Below, one piece after another: positions 18,801-30,800 of a stretch of DNA of 32,000 nt. Source of the stretch: Sinorhizobium meliloti (GTDB lineage: Bacteria > Pseudomonadota > Alphaproteobacteria > Rhizobiales > Rhizobiaceae); contig NZ_JAGIOS010000004.1 in assembly GCF_017876815.1 (NCBI RefSeq), positions 180,001-212,000 on the forward strand. The letters run 5' to 3'. Position numbers and translations under genes: made by a program. Under the pieces are notes generated by a model. That model did not search any database. It was given only the letters and a program-made list of their open reading frames with translations, and was not told the DNA's origin. Numbering within the stretch: position 1 is the stretch's first letter; each line of letters starts with the position of its first letter.

Positions 18801-21800
18801 AACTCCTCCAGCAGGTAGCTGCGCTCCTCAGCCGGAAGAATGTCGAGCTCGCGCACCGGCCTATCGGGCGCTCGCTCCAGCGCGTCGACCAGTTGCTCGA
18901 GCGCCCGCTGCATATAGCCGCAGATCCGATCGGCGGAGATCGGTTCGACCGCATCCGCCGTGAGCCCCAGCTCCTGACCAAAATCATCCACCGACAATGT
19001 CAGCGGGTAGTTGGTCCGTTCCTCGCCCCCCAGCCATTCCATGCCGGACAGCACGTCGCTTGTTCCCTCGCCGGCCATGGCCGGCGTGTTGTGGCGATAG
19101 TTCAGCAGCGCACTGAACAGTGGCGCTGGTGCGGCAATATCGCTGCAGCGTTGCGCCAATGCCAGCGAGGCATGCTCGTGTGAGAGCAATTCGGCCAGAC
19201 GGGCGTGGGCGATACGCACACTTTCCTCGACCCCGGTCTCATCCAGATCCAGCCGCAACGGCAAGGTATTCATGAACAAGCCCATGGCACGGTCGGCGCC
19301 GGCACCCGCATGCATGCGGCCGAACAGCACCGTGCCGAACACCACCTGCTCGCGCCCGCTGCTCAGCGCCACCACCTGGGCCCAGGCCAGATGGCAAAGG
19401 CTAGCCAGACTCACCCCCAGCCGCCGCGCCTGGTGGCGCAGCCGATCGTTGAGCGCCTGCGGCAGCATCCGCCGTGCCTCGCGGGATCCGCGGCCGTCGC
19501 CGTAGACCTCGCTCAGAGCGAACGGCAGGGTCGGCTCGTCGATGTCGGCCAGCATCTCCCGGAAGAACGCTTCATGCGCTTTGGCATCCATGCCAAGCCG
19601 CGCCTGCGCCACCAGGTTGCGGAACGGCTGCGGCGCTGCAAGCTCATGCGCGCGCCCCTGCAGCACGGCCCGGACCTCGGCATGCATCACTTCGGCCGTC
19701 GTATGATCGCCGATCAGATGGTGCTGCAACACCAAAAGCAGCCAGCGCCCACTGCCCGGTTCGCGCGCGATCACGAACCGCATCAGCGGCGCCCGGCCAA
19801 GGTCGAGACGGTACTGGCGCGGATCGAACCGCCGCCTGAGCTCATCGGCGCCGGAACCATCACAGCCCTCCAGCTCGACCTCGAGCACATCCAAGGCCGC
19901 CTTGCGCCAGACAACCTGCGCCGGGCTCGACAGACCCTCCCAGACAAAGGCCGTGCGCAGAATGTCGTGGCGGTCGACCACCTGTTGAACCGCAGCAAGG
20001 TAGCGATCGAGCACACCCCGCTCGGCAAAGGCCATCTGCGACATCAGGAGATAGGGGTCACCCTGGGTTGCCAGCAAATGATGGAACAGAATGCCGTCCT
20101 GCAGCGGCGACAGGCCATAGATATCCTGGATATTGCCGACGCCGCCGGGCACCGTCGACACGATCCGGTCGATCTCCGGTTGGGTAAGATCGATCAGCGG
20201 CAGCATCTGCGGCGTGATCGCCGTACTCTGTTCCGTGATCGGGTTGGCAGGCACCGCCACCTCCCGGTGGCTGCCAAGACTGGCGGCCAGATCGGCAAGC
20301 ATCGGCTTTGCAAATACGGTGCGAACCTCGACCCCGAGCGACAGCCGCCGCAGACGCTCCATCATTTGAACGGCCAACAATGAGTGGCCGCCGAGTTCGA
20401 AGAAGTTGTCGTGGCGCCCGACCTGCTCGACGCCGAGAAGCTCGGCCCAGATCCCGGCCAGCAGCGTCTCGATCTCGCCCTGCGGCGCCTCGTAGGCCCG
20501 ACGCGCATAGGCATCGTCGTCGGGGACCGGCAGCGCCTTGCGATCGAGCTTGCCGTTCACCGTCAGCGGCAGTGCATCCAGCCGCACGAAGGCCGACGGC
20601 ACCATGTAGTCCGGTAGCAGGCCACCCAGATGCGCCCGCAACGACGCAGCAAGCCCGGCGCCATCGGCTTCGGCCGACCCGTCCGTCGTCTTCGCAACCA
20701 CATAGGCGACGAGCCGCTTGTCGCCCGCCGCATCCGCGTGCGCCACCACCGCGGCATCGCCGACAAGCTCATGCTCCAGCAGCCGGGCGGCGATCTCGCC
20801 CGGCTCGATGCGGAAGCCGCGGATCTTCACCTGGTCGTCATTGCGGCCCAGAAACTCGAGATTGCCGTCCGGCAGGTAGCGCGCCAGGTCGCCGCTCCGG
20901 TACATCCGGGCGCCGGCCTTGCCGCTGAACCGATCCGCCAGGAACCGCTCCGCCGTCAGATCCGGACGGTTCAGGTAGCCGCGCGCCACCCCCGCCCCGC
21001 CGATATAAAGCTCACCAACCGCCCCAAACGGAACCGGCTGACCATGGCCGTCAAGCACATAAAGCCGCGTGTTCGCAATCGGACGGCCGATCGGCACATT
21101 CGTCGATGCGGAAAGATCTGCAGGGATGTCATGGAAAGCACAACCGACAACCGCTTCCGTCGGGCCATACTCGTTGACCATTCTAGCCGCCGGCTGGATC
21201 TGACGCCATAGCTCGACCGTCGAAGACGACAATGCCTCACCGCCAATGACGAGCACCTCCACCTGACTGGCATCTCCAGCCGACTGCAGTTGCTGTCCAA
21301 GAACATCCAGATGGCTCGGGGTGACATTGACCAGCCCGCACGGTGTGCCGACCCTTGACCTGATCCCCTCGACCTCGTCCCCCTCTTTCGTAAGCAATGC
21401 ATGGCCGCCAGAGACCAAAGGCGCAAACAGGCTGTTGACCGTGGCATCGAAGGCGAGCGAAGAGGAGACGACGGATGAGGATATGGGAGCGTAGCTCTCA
21501 CGAGCCCAGCTTAGATAATTGGTCATCCCGCGATGCTCGACCATGACGCCCTTAGGCGTGCCGGTGGATCCCGATGTGTAGATGACATAGGCGAGATTGC
21601 GGGCTGTCAGGCCGAGGGCATGCGGGTCGGGATCGTCAGCGGACTGGTCGGCCCAGGCGGGCATGGCCGTATCGAGATCGACCGCGCTCAGATCGGCGAT
21701 TGCCTCGGCGCCCAACGCCGCGCGACCGGCGGCGTCGCAAAGCAGCAGCCGCGGGCCGGCATCGTCGAGCAACTGCCGCAGCCGTTCGCCGGGATAGGCC

Positions 21801-24800
21801 GGGTCGAGCGGCACATAGGCGCCGCCGGCCTTGAGGATCGCCAGCAGTCCCACCACCATCGCCGGGCTGCGCTCGACGCAGATCGCCACTGGCTGGTCCG
21901 GCCTCACCCCGAGCCCGATCAGATGATGGGCCAGCCGGTTGGCATCGGCATTGAGCGCGCCATAGGAGATCGACTGCTCTTCGAAGACCAGTGCGACCGC
22001 GTCGGGCACCCGGCGCACCTGCGCCTCGAACAGCGCATGCACGCAAAGATCCGACGGATAGTCCGCTTCCGTCCGGTTCAACTCCTCCAGCAGGTAGCTG
22101 CGCTCGTCGGGAGGCAGGATGTCCAGCTCGGACACCGGCTGCTCGGCATCGGCAAGCATCGCCCGCAGCAGCGCCAGCAGATAACCACATTGCCGCTCGA
22201 TCGTCGCCCGGTCGAACAACGCCGTCGCATAACCGAGAGTCCCGGCGATGGCCTCGCCCTGCTCTCCCAGGTTCAGTTCCAGATCGAACTTGACCTGATC
22301 GAGCCCCTCGCCCGCAGCCTCCACCTGCAGCCCCGGCAGGTCCAATGACCCGCCGGTGTTGTTCTGCCAGGCCAGTCCCACCTGGAACAACGGCGTGTGA
22401 CCGAGAGCCCGGGGCGGCTGGACGATCTCCACCACCTGCTCGAACGGCAGGTCCTGATGATCCTGCGCAGTCAAGGCCGCGCGCCGCGCCCGTTCCAGGA
22501 GATCGGACACGCTCGGCTCGCCCGACAGATCGATTCGAACCGCCAGGGTGTTGACGAAGAAACCGATTAGATCCTCGATCTCGCGGCGACGACGATTGGC
22601 CGTCGGCACACCGATCACGATATCGTCCTGCCCGGACAGGCGCGACAGCACCGCAGCCCAGGCCGCCAGCACTGTCATGAACAACGTCGTGCCATGCTGC
22701 CGGCTCAGCCGCTTGAGCCCGCGCGTCAGAGCCTCATCGATGATAACCGGCACGCTGGCTCCGGCAAACGACTGCTGTGCCGGCCGCGGCCGGTCCGTCG
22801 GCAGCGCCAGACGGGCCGGGGCGCCAGACAGGGTGTCGCGCCAATACTGCGCCTGACGCTGCAGCCGCTCGCCGGACAACCATTGCCGTTGCCAGGCGGC
22901 ATAATCCGGATACTGGATCGCCAGCGGCGGCAAAGGATCGTCCTCTCCAGCCTCAAACGCGCGGTAAAGGCTGCTGAGCTCGCGCACCAGCACCCCCATC
23001 GACCAGCCGTCCGAGACTATGTGATGCTGCGTCAGCAGAAAGACGTGCTCCTCATCCGCCAGCCGGATCAGCCGGCCGCGGATCAGCGGCTCGCGCGCCA
23101 GATCGAACGGCGTGCGCGCCTCTTCTTGGCACAGATCCAAAAGCGCGGCTTGCGCATCCGGCCTGTCCCGCAGATCGTGCTCGACCACCGGCAATCCCCT
23201 GTCCCCGGACAAAATCTGGACCTGCGGGTCATCCTCTCCGGCGACGAACGTGCAGCGCAGCGCCTCGTGACGGGCAAACAGGCGGTCAAGGCTGCGCCGC
23301 CAGGCGACACGGTCGAGTCTGCCCTGCAGTCGCCACCCCAGGGGAATGTTATAGTTCGTGCTGTCTTCGTCCAACTGTGCCAAGAACCAGAGACGCTGCT
23401 GCGAATAGGACAGCGGAAGCGCACCATCACGTCCGACTGGCATGATGACCGGTGCTGTCTGCGCACCAGAACCGTTCAGCACTTCGCCAACACTTAGCGC
23501 CAAATCGGCCAATGTTGGCTTGGCGAACAGGATCGCCAGCGGCAGCTCCACTGCCAAGGCCTCGGTCAGCCGGACGAGCACGCGCACCGCCAACAATGAG
23601 TGGCCGCCGAGCTCGAAGAAGTTGTCGTGGCGCCCGACCTGCTCGACGCCGAGAAGCTCGGCCCAGATCCCGGCCAGCAGCGTCTCGATCTCGCCCTGCG
23701 GCGCCTCGTAGGCCCGACGCGCATAGGCATCGTCGTCGGGGACCGGCAGCGCCTTGCGGTCGAGCTTGCCGTTCACCGTCAGCGGCAGTGCATCCAGCCG
23801 CACGAAGGCCGACGGCACCATGTAGTCCGGTAGCAGGCCACCCAGATGCGCCCGCAACGACGCAGCAAGCCCGGCGCCATCGGCTTCGGCCGACCCGTCC
23901 GTCGTCTTCGCAACCACATAGGCGACGAGCCGCTTGTCGCCCGCCGCATCCGCGTGCGCCACCACCGCGGCATCGCCGACAAGCTCATGCTCCAGCAGCC
24001 GGGCGGCGATCTCGCCCGGCTCGATGCGGAAGCCGCGGATCTTCACCTGGTCGTCATTGCGGCCCAGAAACTCGAGATTGCCGTCCGGCAGGTAGCGCGC
24101 CAGGTCGCCGCTCCGGTACATCCGGGCGCCGGCCTTGCCGCTGAACGGATCCGCCAGGAACCGCTCCGCCGTCAGATCCGGACGGTTCAGGTAGCCGCGC
24201 GCCACCCCCGCCCCGCCGATATAAAGCTCACCAACCGCCCCAAACGGAACCGGCTGACCATGGCCGTCAAGCACATAAAGCCGCGTGTTCGCAATCGGAC
24301 GGCCGATCGGCACATTCGTCGATGCGGAAAGATCTGCAGGGATGTCATGGAAAGCACAACCGACAACCGCTTCCGTCGGGCCATACTCGTTGACCATTCT
24401 AGCCGCCGGCTGGATCTGACGCCATAGCTCGACCGTCGAAGACGACAATGCCTCACCGCCAATGACGAGCACCTCCACCTGACTGGCATCTCCAGCCGAC
24501 TGCAGTTGCTGTCCAAGAACATCCAGATGGCTCGGGGTGATTTTGACCAGGCTGCGGCCTAAGCCAAGCTCTACCTTAAGGTTTTCGGTTTCATTTCGGT
24601 TGGATATGAGATGTTCCTGCGCACCACAGATTAGAGGCGCGAACAGGCTGGTAATCGTGGCATCGAAGGCGAGCGAAGAGGAGACGACGGATGAGGATAT
24701 GGGAGCGTAGCTCTCACGAGCCCAGCTTAGATAATTGGTCATCCCGCGATGCTCGACCATGACGCCCTTAGGCGTGCCGGTGGATCCCGATGTGTAGATG

Positions 24801-27800
24801 ACATAGGCGAGATTGCGGGCTGTCAGGCCGAGGGCATGCGGGTCGGGATCGTCAGCGGACTGGTCGGCCCAGGCGGGCATGGCTGCATCGAGATCGACCG
24901 CGCTCAGATCGTCGATTGCCTCGGCGCCCAACGCCGCGCGGCCGGCGGCGTCGCAAAGCAGCAGCCGCGGGCCGGCATCGTCGAGCAACTGCCGCAGCCG
25001 TTCGCCGGGATAGGCCGGGTCGAGCGGCACATAGGCGCCGCCGGCCTTGAGGATCGCCAGCAGTCCCACCACCATCGCCGGGCTGCGCTCGACGCAGATC
25101 GCCACTGGCTGGTCCGGCCTCACCCCGAGCCCGATCAGATGATGGGCCAGCCGGTTGGCATCGGCATTGAGCGCGCCATAGGAGATCGACTGCTCTTCGA
25201 AGACCAGTGCGACCGCGTCGGGCACCCGGCGCACCTGCGCCTCGAACAGCGCATGCACGCAAAGATCCGACGGATAGTCCGCTTCCGTCCGGTTCAACTC
25301 CTCCAGCAGGTAGCTGCGCTCGTCGGGAGGCAGGATGTCCAGCTCGGACACCGGCTGCTCGGCATCGGCAAGCATCGCCCGCAGCAGCGCCAGCAGATAA
25401 CCACATTGCCGCTCGATCGTCGCCCGGTCGAACAACGCCGTCGCATAACCGAGAGTCCCGGCGATGGCCTCGCCCTGCTCTCCCAGGTTCAGTTCCAGAT
25501 CGAACTTGACCTGATCGAGCCCCTCGCCCGCAGCCTCCACCTGCAGCCCCGGCAGGTCCAATGACCCGCCGGTGTTGTTCTGCCAGGCCAGTCCCACCTG
25601 GAACAACGGCGTGTGACCGAGAGCCCGGGGCGGCTGGACGATCTCCACCACCTGCTCGAACGGCAGGTCCTGATGATCCTGCGCAGTCAAGGCCGCGCGC
25701 CGCGCCCGTTCCAGGAGATCGGACACGCTCGGCTCGCCCGACAGATCGATTCGAACCGCCAGGGTGTTGACGAAGAAACCGATTAGATCCTCGATCTCGC
25801 GGCGACGACGATTGGCCGTCGGCACACCGATCACGATATCGTCCTGCCCGGACAGGCGCGACAGCACCGCAGCCCAGGCCGCCAGCACTGTCATGAACAA
25901 CGTCGTGCCATGCTGCCGGCTCAGCCGCTTGAGCCCGCGCGTCAGAGCCTCATCGATGATAACCGGCACGCTGGCTCCGGCAAACGACTGCTGTGCCGGC
26001 CGCGGCCGGTCCGTCGGCAGCGCCAGACGGGCCGGGGCGCCAGACAGGGTGTCGCGCCAATACTGCGCCTGACGCTGCAGCCGCTCGCCGGACAACCATT
26101 GCCGTTGCCAGGCGGCATAATCCGGATACTGGATCGCCAGCGGCGGCAAAGGATCGTCCTCTCCAGCCTCAAACGCGCGGTAAAGGCTGCTGAGCTCGCG
26201 CACCAGCACCCCCATCGACCAGCCGTCCGAGACTATGTGATGCTGCGTCAGCAGAAAGACGTGCTCCTCATCCGCCAGCCGGATCAGCCGGCCGCGGATC
26301 AGCGGCTCGCGCGCCAGATCGAACGGCGTGCGCGCCTCTTCTTGGCACAGATCCAAAAGCGCGGCTTGCGCATCCGGCCTGTCCCGCAGATCGTGCTCGA
26401 CCACCGGCAATCCCCTGTCCCCGGACAAAATCTGGACCTGCGGGTCATCCTCTCCGGCGACGAACGTGCAGCGCAGCGCCTCGTGACGGGCAAACAGGCG
26501 GTCAAGGCTGCGCCGCCAGGCGACACGGTCGAGTCTGCCCTGCAGTCGCCACCCCAGGGGAATGTTATAGTTCGTGCTGTCTTCGTCCAACTGTGCCAAG
26601 AACCAGAGACGCTGCTGCGAATAGGACAGCGGAAGCGCACCATCACGTCCGACTGGCATGATGACCGGTGCTGTCTGCGCACCAGAACCGTTCAGCACTT
26701 CGCCAACACTTAGCGCCAAATCGGCCAATGTTGGCTTGGCGAACAGGATCGCCAGCGGCAGCTCCACTGCCAAGGCCTCGGTCAGCCGGACGAGCACGCG
26801 CACCGCCAACAATGAGTGGCCGCCGAGCTCGAAGAAGTTGTCGTGGCGCCCGACCTGCTCGACGCCGAGAAGCTCGGCCCAGATCCCGGCCAGCAGCGTC
26901 TCGATCTCGCCCTGCGGCGCCTCGTAGGCCCGACGCGCATAGGCATCGTCGTCGGGGACCGGCAGCGCCTTGCGATCGAGCTTGCCGTTCACCGTCAGCG
27001 GCAGTGCATCCAGCCGCACGAAGGCCGACGGCACCATGTAGTCCGGTAGCAGGCCACCCAGATGCGCCCGCAACGACGCAGCAAGCCCGGCGCCATCGGC
27101 TTCGGCCGACCCGTCCGTCGTCTTCGCAACCACATAGGCGACGAGCCGCTTGTCGCCCGCCGCATCCGCGTGCGCCACCACCGCGGCATCGCCGACAAGC
27201 TCATGCTCCAGCAGCCGGGCGGCGATCTCGCCCGGCTCGATGCGGAAGCCGCGGATCTTCACCTGGTCGTCATTGCGGCCCAGAAACTCGAGATTGCCGT
27301 CCGGCAGGTAGCGCGCCAGGTCGCCGCTCCGGTACATCCGGGCGCCGGCCTTGCCGCTGAACGGATCCGCCAGGAACCGCTCCGCCGTCAGATCCGGACG
27401 GTTCAGGTAGCCGCGCGCCACCCCCGCCCCGCCGATATAAAGCTCACCAACCGCCCCAAACGGAACCGGCTGACCATGGCCGTCCAGCAGATAGATCCGC
27501 GTGTTCGAGATCGGACGCCCGATCGTTTCGACAACAGCCTGTCCCCTCGGCATGCAAATCCAAGTCGAGTACGTCGTTGTCTCCGAAGGGGCGTACAGAT
27601 TGCAAATCTTCTGGACGCGCGTGCTCTCGAATATCCTCTCGATTAGGTCTGCCTTCACCCGCTCGCCCGCCAAATTGATGACGCTTGCCGATGCCGGCAC
27701 GGCTTTCTGGTTGACCAGAGCGGTGATCGCCGAGGGGACCGTGTTGATCAAGGAGGCATCCACGGGCGTTCGGGCCAGCTTCAGTGCATCCTCGACGAGG

Positions 27801-30800
27801 TACAGCTTGCTTCCCTGCGAAAGCGGAAGGAAACACTCGTAAACGGACAGATCAAAACAGACCGAGGTCGAGAACAGCGTGCGCCTGATCTCTGATTCGG
27901 CAAACACGCCGCCACTCCAATGCAGCAGGTTCACTGTGTTCCGATGCTCGACCATGACGCCCTTAGGCGTGCCGGTGGATCCCGATGTGTAGATGACATA
28001 GGCGAGATTGCGGGCTGTCAGGCCGAGGGCATGCGGGTCGGGATCGTCAGCGGACTGGTCGGCCCAGGCGGGCATGGCCGTATCGAGATCGACCGCGCTC
28101 AGATCGGCGATTGCCTCGGCGCCCAACGCCGCGCGACCGGCGGCGTCGCAAAGCAGCAGCCGCGGGCCGGCATCGTCGAGCAACTGCCGCAGCCGTTCGC
28201 CGGGATAGGCCGGGTCGAGCGGCACATAGGCGCCGCCGGCCTTGAGGATCGCCAGCAGTCCCACCACCATCGCCGGGCTGCGCTCGACGCAGATCGCCAC
28301 TGGCTGGTCCGGCCTCACCCCGAGCCCGATCAGATGATGGGCCAGCCGGTTGGCATCGGCATTGAGCGCGCCATAGGAGATCGACTGCTCTTCGAAGACC
28401 AGTGCGACCGCGTCGGGCACCCGGCGCACCTGCGCCTCGAACAGCGCATGCACGCAAAGATCCGACGGATAGTCCGCTTCCGTCCGGTTCAACTCCTCCA
28501 GCAGGTAGCTGCGCTCGTCGGGAGGCAGGATGTCCAGCTCGGACACCGGCTGCTCGGCATCGGCAAGCATCGCCCGCAGCAGCGCCAGCAGATAACCACA
28601 TTGCCGCTCGATCGTCGCCCGGTCGAACAACGCCGTCGCATAACCGAGAGTCCCGGCGATGGCCTCGCCCTGCTCTCCCAGGTTCAGTTCCAGATCGAAC
28701 TTGACCTGATCGAGCCCCTCGCCCGCAGCCTCCACCTGCAGCCCCGGCAGGTCCAATGACCCGCCGGTGTTGTTCTGCCAGGCCAGTCCCACCTGGAACA
28801 ACGGCGTGTGACCGAGAGCCCGGGGCGGCTGGACGATCTCCACCACCTGCTCGAACGGCAGGTCCTGATGATCCTGCGCAGTCAAGGCCGCGCGCCGCGC
28901 CCGTTCCAGGAGATCGGACACGCTCGGCTCGCCCGACAGATCGATTCGAACCGCCAGGGTGTTGACGAAGAAACCGATTAGATCCTCGATCTCGCGGCGA
29001 CGACGATTGGCCGTCGGCACACCGATCACGATATCGTCCTGCCCGGACAGGCGCGACAGCACCGCAGCCCAGGCCGCCAGCACTGTCATGAACAACGTCG
29101 TGCCATGCTGCCGGCTCAGCCGCTTGAGCCCGCGCGTCAGAGCCTCATCGATGATAACCGGCACGCTGGCTCCGGCAAACGACTGCTGTGCCGGCCGCGG
29201 CCGGTCCGTCGGCAGCGCCAGACGGGCCGGGGCGCCAGACAGGGTGTCGCGCCAATACTGCGCCTGACGCTGCAGCCGCTCGCCGGACAACCATTGCCGT
29301 TGCCAGGCGGCATAATCCGGATACTGGATCGCCAGCGGCGGCAAAGGATCGTCCTCTCCAGCCTCAAACGCGCGGTAAAGGCTGCTGAGCTCGCGCACCA
29401 GCACCCCCATCGACCAGCCGTCCGAGACTATGTGATGCTGCGTCAGCAGAAAGACGTGCTCCTCATCCGCCAGCCGGATCAGCCGGCCGCGGATCAGCGG
29501 CTCGCGCGCCAGATCGAACGGCGTGCGCGCCTCTTCTTGGCACAGATCCAAAAGCGCGGCTTGCGCATCCGGCCTGTCCCGCAGATCGTGCTCGACCACC
29601 GGCAATCCCCTGTCCCCGGACAAAATCTGGACCTGCGGGTCATCCTCTCCGGCGACGAACGTGCAGCGCAGCGCCTCGTGACGGGCAAACAGGCGGTCAA
29701 GGCTGCGCCGCCAGGCGACACGGTCGAGTCTGCCCTGCAGTCGCCACCCCAGGGGAATGTTATAGTTCGTGCTGTCTTCGTCCAACTGTGCCAAGAACCA
29801 GAGACGCTGCTGCGAATAGGACAGCGGAAGCGCACCATCACGTCCGACTGGCATGATGACCGGTGCTGTCTGCGCACCAGAACCGTTCAGCACTTCGCCA
29901 ACACTTAGCGCCAAATCGGCCAATGTTGGCTTGGCGAACAGGATCGCCAGCGGCAGCTCCACTGCCAAGGCCTCGGTCAGCCGGACGAGCACGCGCACCG
30001 CCAACAATGAGTGGCCGCCGAGCTCGAAGAAGTTGTCGTGGCGCCCGACCTGCTCGACGCCGAGAAGCTCGGCCCAGATCCCGGCCAGCAGCGTCTCGAT
30101 CTCGCCCTGCGGCGCCTCGTAGGCCCGACGCGCATAGGCATCGTCGTCGGGGACCGGCAGCGCCTTGCGGTCGAGCTTGCCGTTCACCGTCAGCGGCAGT
30201 GCATCCAGCCGCACGAAGGCCGACGGCACCATGTAGTCCGGTAGCAGGCCACCCAGATGCGCCCGCAACGACGCAGCAAGCCCGGCGCCATCGGCTTCGG
30301 CCGACCCGTCCGTCGTCTTCGCAACCACATAGGCGACGAGCCGCTTGTCGCCCGCCGCATCCGCGTGCGCCACCACCGCGGCATCGCCGACAAGCTCATG
30401 CTCCAGCAGCCGGGCGGCGATCTCGCCCGGCTCGATGCGGAAGCCGCGGATCTTCACCTGGTCGTCATTGCGGCCCAGAAACTCGAGATTGCCGTCCGGC
30501 AGGTAGCGCGCCAGGTCGCCGCTCCGGTACATCCGGGCGCCGGCCTTGCCGCTGAACGGATCCGCCAGGAACCGCTCCGCCGTCAGATCCGGACGGTTCA
30601 GGTAGCCGCGCGCCACCCCCGCCCCGCCGATATAAAGCTCACCAACCGCCCCAAACGGAACCGGCTGACCATGACCGTCCAGAAGATAGATCCGAAGATC
30701 CGGAATCCGTTCGCCGATCGGACCGCATGAGCTGGACGTATCAGACTTGTTAAGAAGCCGATAGGTCACATGCACAGTCGTCTCTGTGATGCCGTACATG

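Larger units (their letters stand above)
15570..21091 (-). repeat. two copies of a ~2.26-kb block (C' domain + variant T + A C-terminal half) offset by 3261 bp
   Basis: 15570-17830 matches 18831-21091. The track ORFs 15944..17122 and 19205..20383 give identical 392-aa translations. Confidence 0.9.
20375..26806 (-). repeat. exact-period tandem duplication, 2 x 3216 bp (modules 4 and 3)
   Basis: Both anchors shift by exactly 3216 bp. Plus-strand track ORFs covering the two copies are identical or differ by single residues, except across the patch 21325-21440 versus 24541-24656. Confidence 0.9.
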
